From: Oopsacas minuta
Lineage: Eukaryota; Animalia; Porifera
Assembly: GCA_024704765.1 (NCBI GenBank)
Contig: JAKMXF010000321.1
Location: forward strand, 372,001 to 436,000
Length of the DNA: 64,000 nucleotides
Reading direction: 5' to 3'
Made by a program: the position numbers and the translations under genes
Notes under the pieces: generated by a model
Told to the model about the DNA's origin: nothing
The model's input: only the letters and a program-made list of their open reading frames with translations
Databases searched by the model: none
In this document: positions 44,340 through 54,230 of the stretch, piece by piece
How the letters are laid out: every line of letters starts with the position of its first letter
Position numbering within the stretch: position 1 is the stretch's first letter

Positions 44340-47300
44340 ATGACTGATGAAACAGAACAAATGGATTCAACAGACACACCTCCGGATGTCACTATAACCT
44401 CAGAAGATAGTCAAATGAAAGAAACTGAGACAGTAGAAGATGAGATAGTAGAAGAGGTTATTACTCAAGAAGACATGAGAACACGACGTCTTGCTAAGTT
44501 CTCTTCTCAGAGCAAGTCCTCTGAATGCAAACAACCTTCTATTGAGGAACAGGTACCAATGGATACAAGTATTAAGCGGACATCACATCCTATCACTATC
44601 CGTTCATTATCTTCATCACAGAGTGCGGTTAGTAGTAGTCCGTTATCCAGCAGTCCTATGAGTAAGTACAAGTATGCGTCATCTGATAAATCAGCTTCTG
44701 TTGATTTGACGTCAGAAGAAGTAAGCTAGTAGTTTTAGATCCGCATAGTATCAATCTAGTAGACTAAAATACATATTTGCCCGTTTAGGTAGAAGAAGAG
44801 AGATTGAATAGTATTACAAGGGCATTCAAGTGCAGATTCCATTCTTCATCTCAGAGATCTCTGAATTCAGATTCTATTCCTCTCTTACCTCAGACTACAG
44901 CTGCTCTAATTACACACCCCTCACTCAGTGATGACGTCATATCTCTATGTTCTCAACTATTACTTGAGAGGATTTGTGATCTAACTTCTGATTCCTCTCA
45001 GTCTTCATCTGCAACAGTAGTATCAGTTGGTATGGATTATATATATTCCTTCAGTTATTGTAAATTGGTAGAGATAGAATTGTAGTACAGTGTAACTTCC
45101 ACAAACTGGTGCCAAGGACACCGACAAATGCTAGATCGTTTCCCTGTTTGTAAAGGTTCATTCGTATGGGTCTATGAATTTGCTCCATTTATGTCCACTC
45201 CATTTCCAGAAGTTCCCCGTTTGTAGAGGGTTCACTCTATATAGTTTACACGAGAAATATACAGTTCATGGTCGTAGCCTTGGGTCCTGTTAATCGAGTA
45301 ACTTGACCAGAAACAAATACTACTCACAATTACTAAATTGCCCCGGTTAATCGTATCAAAATTGCCTGGTACTGAAGTTACCCTATTAATCGTAGTCAAC
45401 TTTATTGTTATTAATTCACTACCTGTTGGTATTTACAGGTACCCCTTCTGACAGTTCCCCATCTCCCTATCAAGATCGTACTAAAAGTCGTAAGGGTACA
45501 GCTCTCCTCCTAGCATTCCTATTGGACTGTTACGAGGGTGTTAATACAGAGATACGTAGATATGTTAAGAGGGAACAGATACACTATTTCAATAGCATGT
45601 TACTAACCTGTCGTAGTATCCTTATATCTCACATGTCTCTACTACTACAAGGATGTTTCCAGTACTTACTGCCTGATGAGAAAGAGAATGAACAAGGAGT
45701 AGATGTACTAATTGAGTTCTTAGGTCTGTCTACGGGAGATAAGACATCTAATATATCTATGATACCTTCTGGAGTGTTAACTGAATTGGTGCTACACGTG
45801 TATCAGGTACATTTTATTACGCAAAAAGTAATGTAGGATGTACTGTAGGATATGTTACTCTAGCCACCAAATGGACTGGAAAAGTGATCGTTATGTAACA
45901 GCTAACTCAGATTGAATATCATGGGAATGGTATGGGAGAAATTAAGTGGCCCTCGAGCTGGTTCCACTGTATGTATGAAATTCTTTATGTCTATCTTATT
46001 TTATATAATAGAATCTGTCTTATAGGAAGAAGGGTTTGACGAGTTCACAATGATGTTCATTCCTCTCCTGGATAAGTTATCCAGTGCAATCAGACAATCT
46101 AATCTAATAGACAAACAGTATCAACACTTATTCATGTTAATGAATGATCTCTGTGAAGTCACAGATTCTGTTAGTAAGAATAGACCATTCTGTCAGCTGG
46201 TTACATCTCATAACAAGTTCTACAAGAAGGAATGGAATGGTAGACAGATGGAAGAGGAGTCTGTGTTAGGAGCTTTCTTTCAGATTAGTATTACAGCAAT
46301 TGCAGTTAGAGAAGCTTATTTCCCCAAGTAAGACTTATATGTAAATGTTCTCGTAGATATTAATTTTACACATTCTGTGTAGCCCTTCTCATAATTGGCA
46401 ATTATTGGTGCTTCAAGCGCTGCAGCTTCCGCACCGGCTCCTAAGGTACGGCCCTGTATATCCCAAAAGCCTGGCTTTTAACAGTGATAAATCGAATAGT
46501 TTTATTTCGGTTCCCATTTCTTCTATTACGTATATGAATTTCATAAATCTCACTAGAAATTACAGTCAACTCCCCTTATATCGAAGCTCAAGGAAACTGT
46601 GATAATTACTTTGCTATAAGTGGGTATTCGATATAATGAGAGTATATTGTACGTATATTGTTCTCATTTGGCTAATTACTGTGGTCGGTGTTACAACTTA
46701 TAACCTATTATAATATTGTAGAGGACATAGTGAGATGAGAGAGTTCCAGAACACTACCCTATCCTCTACACTACACAATGACTTATGTCTAATGCAATCA
46801 GATCTACACAAGTTAGTACTAAATCTCCTCAAAGACGTATCTACACGTAATCACATGCTAGATTGGATAGAGGCAGCTATCTGTAAGAACTCTACTAGAG
46901 CTAGACTACACTATGAAGAGACTACAGTAGCTAGTTCTGGGTTTATGTGTAATCTGCTGGCTACTCTACAGGCTCTGTCACGGAAGGTTAAACTTACTAT
47001 AGTAGATGCTACTTATCCACATCATCCTGCTACCAGAGCTTCTGCTAAAGAGGAAACTCTGCTCAAAGCAACTGCCCAACAGGTAGTATTACAGCTTAAT
47101 TTATATAGTATTGTGTAGAACTTCTGGAGACAGAGTGAAAATAACTAGAGCAAATTCCTAGTACCATACAAATGAACCTCTACAACAGGAGATTTGGTAG
47201 ATACTCAAACGCGGTAGCATTTTTCGTCCTCCCTTGCACTCAGTTTGTTGAGGTTATACTGTGTTTATAAGTCAGGATAGTAGCCTACGTTTAGAGGCTC

Positions 47301-50300
47301 CGAAGTATCCATGGTTCATCTAAGGCAGCGGTTTCTAAGTTTGGGTCCATAGATTCCTTCGCCTGGTGGTCTACGGATGACAGCAGGGGACTCCATAGAA
47401 TGTGTTAAAATTGGTTTAGGGAGCCCGGATCCATGAGTGAAAAAGGTTGGGAACCAATGTTCTATGTCCACAAGTTGCAATGGGAGGCACGGTATATTAT
47501 TTATGTTTACAAATATTTTATTTAGGTTAGCAATTGGTTAGATCAACTCTCAGAGAACGGACAGCTGTCACAGAACCCTAAATTCCCAACTGAGTGCTTT
47601 CACCTAACAGCTCAATGTATGCATCTAACTGTAAATCCTTCCTTCATGAGGTTTGAGAATCTGTGTGGAGAGATTAGACATGGAGAGAGATTCCTTGAGG
47701 ATATATCTGCTATAGGACGAGAACAACGGATTGAGACTAAGGTATGTTTCTCACAAACCAATGGCATTCTTATGTTGTCAAGGACAGTATAACTATGTTT
47801 TGTCTAATCGCCATAAGCGAAAATCTCGTCAGGATTTTATTTTCAGATCTTGTAGCTTCGTGACAAGCTAGACAATTGGAAACAAGAGAAGGCATTGACA
47901 GAGATAGCTGTATTTAACGAATCCCTATTAAAACAACATCTAAGCTTCTATGCAAGACAAGCTAAATGGATAGCTCTTACTCTATCTCCTTCTCCTTCTC
48001 CTTCTACTCTTGATGCTGTATTGCCATTACCTGCAGGCATGTTCTTTTGTGTGTCCTAATAAAGGCTTGATTGAGGGAAAATTTATGGTCTATTCCCCGT
48101 TATATCGAAGCTCAAGGGACCGCGATAATTACGTACTTCGATATAACCGCTGAATATATGTTACGTTGACGGGTAGAGGCTATATTTGTACGATTTCAGA
48201 CTTCAATATAAGCGGGTATTTTCGATATACAGTCAACTACCGTTCTATCAAACACGGATATTTCGAAGTATCGCTTATATCGAAGCCTGATATTGTACAA
48301 AGATGGACCCAAATCAAAATGACATATATGTGATCGGTTATATGAAACTCTTCTTATATCAAGTAATTATCGCGGTCCCTTGAGCTTAGAAATAATGGGA
48401 GTTGACTGTGTTGTACAAATTCTTACAGTATACTAATTTCTATGTAGTATATTCACCTGATGCTCTCCCAATGTCATTCTCCTCTCTCCCTGAGTACTAC
48501 ATAGCAGACATAGCAGATTTCTTAATAAACTCAGCTAGATTCAATCTACGTGCTATAGATGATCCCTCTATGAATGATATGATCACTTGTATTACAGTAT
48601 ACATATCAGCACATAACAGAGAATTAATACAGAATCCGTATCTTATAGCTAAATGTGTAGAAGCTCTGTATATACTCACGCCACCTGAAAACCCTAAGCC
48701 TAGTGTACCTGTGAATCTGCTGGAGAAGTTTAGAGATATAATTATAGCTAACAGGTATGTAAGAAATCAGGAAATATACAATAGACTCTGTTTAATAGAG
48801 CTACTAGTTAATTTTACACACATATAGGGATACAGAGAAGTTCTTAGCTCCAGCTCTGATAATATTCTACGTAGCAGTAGAGAGCACAGGAGCTTCTAAC
48901 GAGTTCTTTGACAAGTTCTCAATACGTCATCACATATCCTGTCTATTGAGACATCTGTGGATAGGAGGAGATGCTCACAGAGAGTCTGTTAAGAGTTTAG
49001 CTTTTGGAGATAAACGTCCCATGTCTGATTTCATACGATTTGTGAATCTCCTGCTTAACGATACTACATTCCTACTGGATGAGAGTCTAGACCTACTTAA
49101 GTCTATACACGAGACACAACAAGCAATTGAGGATAAAGTTAATTGGGAGAAGCAGCCACCTGAATTGCAGAGAAATAGGTTAGTAAAAGAGTTTTTCTTA
49201 ACCGACAATTTACTATGAGAGTTGACTCTAGAGTCGTGTTCGCCTATTATCAACATTGCATAATAGCAAGTTTTTTCAAGGACTTAGAGTCCATTTTGTA
49301 TTGGAAAGAATTCCTCAATAGTGTAACCATAAACGGTGTACCAGAGACACCGAAAAATGATACCCTGTTTCCCGTTTATGGATGTTACAAAGTTCCGTAT
49401 TAGCAAGGGAAATTCGTGCAAAATACTACTTGCTAAGCCAAACTACACTGTATATTGTGTAATAAGTATCAGCTGTTATTCTTGAATCTATCCCTTCAGA
49501 TCACATCAGCTATTACAAGATGAACGTAACTGTCGTGCTTACTTAATGCTAGCTAATGAGACTCTTAAGATGGTACATTTTCTAACACAAGACGTTAAAG
49601 AACCATTCTTACGGCCTGAACTAATGGATAGAGTAGCTAGCATGCTGAATTGTAATCTACAACAGTTATGCGGGCCTAAGTGTAGTGATCTACGGGTTAA
49701 AGATCCAGAATCATTCTGTTTCTACCCTAAGCGTCTCCTTGATCATTTAACAGACATATATCTACATCTTGACTGTGATAAGTTTGTGAGTGCTGTAGCA
49801 GGAGATGATAGGTCATATTCCCATGAACTATTCACTGAGTGTTGTAGAATTATGATGAGAACTCAGGTGAAGTCTCATATTAGGATTAGAGAGTTTGAGG
49901 AATTCATTGAAAAGGTATTTATTATACAGTGTTATAAGGGATAATTTGTGTGTTGTCATTCTAAAATCTAAACAACCAAACAATTTTCATTCCAATGATT
50001 CTTTCCAAGAACTTACATAATCAACTCCCATTATATCGTTATATCAAACGTGGATATATCAATACCAGCTTATATTGAAGTCTGAAAATTGTACGAATAT
50101 AGTCCCAAACCGTCAAATTACATACAGTAACTCTCGTTATATCGAAGCTCAAGGGACAGCGATAATTTCTTCGAAATAATGTACAATTTCACTCCGATAT
50201 AAGCGGGTATTTCGGTATAACGGGAGTTGGCTGTACTTATACTATTTCTTCTAACAGATAAGAATCAGATCAATAGAGATAATGCGTCAGGAATTGACAT

Positions 50301-50530
50301 ACGATGATGCTCCCAACGAATTCAAAGACCCACTTATGGACATCTTAATGTCTGATCCTGTCCGTCTCCCAGACAGTGGTATAGTCATGGACCGTAGTGT
50401 TATTGTTCGTCACCTCCTGAACTCTCTAGACGACCCCTTCAATCGTCAGCCTCTCACCCCGGATCAGCTGATCCCGTTACCCGATCTCAAAGCTAGAATA
50501 GAATCCTGGAAAGCTAACCGCTCTAAATAG
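44340..50530 (+). CDS. UBE4B: U-box E4 ubiquitin ligase; exons 44340-44720, 44789-45029, 45439-45806, 46026-46327, 46722-47082, 47526-47741, 47856-48036, 48448-48754, 48828-49178, 49500-49914, 50258-50530
   Basis: [70 protein letters not shown], and U-box [10 protein letters not shown]...DPFNRQ. One GC-AG intron. Confidence 0.92.
45088..45237. mobile_element. MITE family A in a UBE4B intron
   Basis: TA|CAGTGTAACTTCCACAAAC...GTTTGTAGAGGGTTCACTC|TA. Confidence 0.7.
48088..48408. mobile_element. Two family B MITEs in inverted orientation (second copy 48230-48408)
   Basis: A forward core GAAGCTCAAGGGACCGCG and a reverse core CGCGGTCCCTTGAGC, with the junction at TA 48228-48229. Confidence 0.7.
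50020..50233. mobile_element. Two family B MITEs, nested and inverted (inner copy 50125-50233)
   Basis: Inner TA|CAGTAACTCTCGTTATATCG...CGGGAGTTGGCTG|TA truncates an inverted copy. Confidence 0.7.
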
Positions 50531-51161
50531 CATGGCACTGAGATACTGCTAAGTGTGTAAGCCTGTAACTCACTTCTCTACTGTAGATATACATATATAT
50601 GCTTACTGTTTGTTTGTATTTTGTCTCTTTAGAACACACTCACTCACGGTTATTACATGCCCTGCTGACTTGTGGTATCTATGCGATTAGCAGGTCGTTG
50701 CTTTTGTAATTGACTCTGTCTTGTAAATATTATAAATTAATTATTAGAACAACACAATGTGTTTTTGTTTACTTTCCAGTTTCCATCAACAGAATTTAAG
50801 TTTCTTAATCCAGTAACCTACTTTACTATTTTATTATTTGACGTGCATTTTAGTAGAATTTCTCGATTTTTGAAAATAGGCAAAATTTTGGGAAATTAAT
50901 ATACTAATTTGTTGCATAGAAATATAGTATATTGGTCCAAAATACCATGGAAGGGTGGATTCCGTTTATCTGCTTGGATGTTCTTGGTCATTTTAAGACA
51001 CTCCTCGCTCTGTTGGAAAGTGGGATTTCTATAAGAAAATTTTATTCACAAGTCCTGAGTGTTTTCTTGCCCCCAACGCTTATTCAGGGAAATACTTTAA
51101 CTTCCCAATCCTTGTATCCCTGATTGCTTATGATTAACTTATATAGAACAATCAGTGTATT

Positions 51162-52049
51162 ATGGATCCAAACGAGAGTACATCGAGCTTAAAACTATCA
51201 CAACCCAGAACGAATTCATTCCATTCAATATTCAGAGACCAGCAAATACAATTAAAGAGATTACAACAAGAACTATATACACTAAGACAACACAACACAC
51301 AACTAACTGTAGAGAATGCTCAACTCAAATTGTCTCTAACTTCACAGAAAAAATTGTTAGAAACAAAAGAAATTACTCATAAACAGCGTTACAATTCCGC
51401 TCCATTCTCTTCTGATGTTCAATTCGTGCCTGGAATAGTATCATATGAAAAACATATACAAACTTTACAGAGAGATAAACAATGCTTAAATGTAGAGTTA
51501 GACACAGCCAGACGACACTTGTCAAACGTCACAGAAGCAGTTGACATGCTCGAGCTACAAATTGATAAAATACACCGTGAGTATCGTACGAAATTAATTC
51601 TATTATCACAACAACATTCCTCGGATTCTATAGAGGATATAGTAAAAGATATCAGGGGTAGTTACTCACAGCAATTATATGATTTAAGAGATAGAAATAA
51701 AGTGTATCGTGCTCATGTGTCTAAGCTTAGAAATACTGAGAAAGAATTGAGAATACAACAAACACTCTTGGAGCATTCTACACGCAGTTGTCTCTTCAAT
51801 CAATCCTGTATTGATGCCTGTCTGTCTGTTGTAAGACATATTGAGAGTTGTATTGACACTGTTAGTAGTGATATACAATTATTGAAGGCTTGTGAATTGC
51901 TAAGACAAACGCTTGCAAAGTTCTTACCTGAACTATTTGATAAATACAATAATGAATTGGATTGTTCTGTTAGAGAGTACCATCAATCTGAATTGTTACA
52001 GCAGTATGATCACTTGATTGAAGAGATTAAGTCTTATAAACATTGGTAA
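51162..52049 (+). CDS. Uncharacterised coiled-coil protein
   Basis: 295-aa intronless ORF with heptad-rich L/Q/E/K composition; no recognised family. Confidence 0.7.
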   Translation: MDPNESTSSLKLSQPRTNSFHSIFRDQQIQLKRLQQELYTLRQHNTQLTVENAQLKLSLTSQKKLLETKEITHKQRYNSAPFSSDVQFVPGIVSYEKHIQTLQRDKQCLNVELDTARRHLSNVTEAVDMLELQIDKIHREYRTKLILLSQQHSSDSIEDIVKDIRGSYSQQLYDLRDRNKVYRAHVSKLRNTEKELRIQQTLLEHSTRSCLFNQSCIDACLSVVRHIESCIDTVSSDIQLLKACELLRQTLAKFLPELFDKYNNELDCSVREYHQSELLQQYDHLIEEIKSYKHW

Positions 52050-52157
52050 CTGAATTGTATGCTTCCTAACTTTTTTATTACTAATGTTCTGAGGCTATAG
52101 GACATACAATGATTGTTGTGGGTAGCAACTTAAGAAATTTTACAATGTGTAAGTATA

Positions 52158-52569
52158 CAGTGCAACCTCGATAAGTGGGGGCCTCTACATATGGGGGGAG
52201 GAGGCAATTTTGGTCCACTTTCATTCATTTCCATAGAAACGAACCTCAATAAGCGAGGAATGGGGAATGGGCATACTTTAGAGGTAATTATGCCTCACCA
52301 TTGAAATTACTTATATTTGTGGGGGATTATAATATAAATATTCTGCAATAATCAATTTTATGCTAAATTTGGAAAAATCACGGATTTATCGCTGTGACGA
52401 ATTGAATTTTTGGTTTCTCAGAAGAAAATTTCTTCCAAATTTTAAATTCAGGCATATTATAATAATCAAATATAATTAATAAAACAGTCATTGGAGGAAG
52501 TGAATCTCTCTCGTTTAGGTATCAGGAGATTTACTTGCCTGATCTCCCCCACTTATAGAGGTTCTAATG
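52158..52569. mobile_element. 412-bp non-autonomous Tc1/pogo-type element
   Basis: 24-bp TIR (20/24) CAGTGCAACCTCGATAAGTGGGGG / CCCCCACTTATAGAGGTTCTAATG, TA-flanked; no transposase ORF. Confidence 0.7.
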
Positions 52570-52725
52570 TACTTGGCATTGTCAATGTCCCAGAGGGTAG
52601 GGTATCCAGACACCTTGCAATCGTAGGCGTTTTTGGTATCCGATATAACCCCCAGAACTTACACCCATGTCTACAAACTTGGTGCCGGTTGTGCTTGCGA
52701 GATTAATTTGAGACATTAATAAATA

Positions 52726-52876
52726 CAGTAGGACCTCGTTAATACTTATACCAAGGGACCTTTGAGATTTGTACTCCTTATCCGGAGTACCTATTAACCG
52801 GAGTAAAAACAATTGAGTATCCATTGTATGGACTAAAATTGTGTAAAATTGTGTTCGTATTAACGAAGTTTCATTG
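52726..52876. mobile_element. MITE family C
   Basis: TA-flanked reverse complement of 24372-24512, with an internal 10-bp duplication TAAAATTGTG. Confidence 0.8.
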
Positions 52877-53088
52877 TACGACTATTCTAGTGCTATCTAT
52901 CTTATGCTGGATATTAGTACCATCCTCTGGAAAAGTTTCTCATATTCCTGTATATTTTATGCCGGTTATAAGAATTTATCCGGTATCCACTGACCACTGT
53001 ACGTATTATGAAATTTGTAATTTTAATGAGTGATATATTATAGCAATCCATAGATATAGATTAGTAACAATTGTACAGCTAACAATTA

Positions 53089-53595
53089 ATGTCTGGCAAG
53101 GAAACACTTGTCACAGTACAAGAGTCTACACCACCAGATACTATAGACCTAACAGATGAAAATTTTGATGATTCTGTATTATTCGTTAGTCAGTCTAAAC
53201 CAGATAATGCAGTAGAGTTTGTGAGCTTATCTCAAGTAGTTGCGCCTAATAATAATACAACATCTAAACAACATGTAACTAACAATCAGCTGACTATTAC
53301 AGACGATGATGACGATGATAATTTAGATCTACCATCGCTTGATTTAGATAATAAATTCAAAGAACTCGCGAAAAAGCGTACATCACTAAAAGTATCTCGA
53401 CCCCCTATATTCTGCGGTATATGCAGGGAAGATGAATTCTATCTACAAGCTCACAATCAAAATCTGGTATCGACACCTTGTGGACACATTTTCTGCAAAT
53501 GCTGTATTGATGTTTCCCTTGCAAAATACAAATGTTGTCCTATTTGCAGGAAAAGCCTTGCGGTAAAAAATGCATATCATGTCATTTTTCTTTAA
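53089..53595 (+). CDS. RNF4: SUMO-targeted RING ligase
   Basis: Tandem SIM-like motifs (TIDLTDE, SVLFVS, VEFVS) and a C-terminal RING CGIC...LVSTPCGHIFCKCC...CPICRK...YHVIFL. Confidence 0.85.
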   Translation: MSGKETLVTVQESTPPDTIDLTDENFDDSVLFVSQSKPDNAVEFVSLSQVVAPNNNTTSKQHVTNNQLTITDDDDDDNLDLPSLDLDNKFKELAKKRTSLKVSRPPIFCGICREDEFYLQAHNQNLVSTPCGHIFCKCCIDVSLAKYKCCPICRKSLAVKNAYHVIFL

Positions 53596-54230
53596 ATATT
53601 TATACTGCAAATTGTATAGATGAATTCACTTGCTCAGCCCAATAGGACGAACCATTTCCGGTCCGTAATTGAGTTTATCTCTTTTGCAATGTATTAATTA
53701 CTATTCTTAAAATTCCTTTTAAACATGTATTGTTATGGGTTATGAGTAAACTGTTTAAATCAAGTTACAATTGATAATTTCTAATACAAATACGTATTGT
53801 GGAACCTCGTTAATAAGAACAACAACGGAAGGTCAATTTGTGTTCGCTTTATCCTGAGTTTGTATTAACCAGAGTAATACCAATTGAATATCCATTGTAG
53901 GGAAAAATCCGTCTGGAAATTCATATTGACCGTGTACGTATTAACGAGGTTCTTTTCACGGATATGGTACATAAACTATTTTCACTAATGTGGGTCCCTT
54001 CGTCCTTGATTCATGGGAAGTCTCTTCCCAGATCTCAAGCGAATTCCCAAATCCAGTTCTTTTTTCGGCGTTTATCTCATTCTCTTTAGCATTACTATTG
54101 TATAGATATACTGAATTATCTGAATATATAAAGATTAAATAAATAAGGTAATTATTATTAGAATTACTCTAAAAGTATTTTGAATAATCACATTTCCTAT
54201 TCAATGTACCCTGTATTCTCTGAATAGGCT

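Noticed and set aside
52531-52541. TTACTTGCCTG resembling the U1 5' end
   Set aside because: It lies within the right end of the 412-bp TIR element, with no U1 loop motifs or Sm site.
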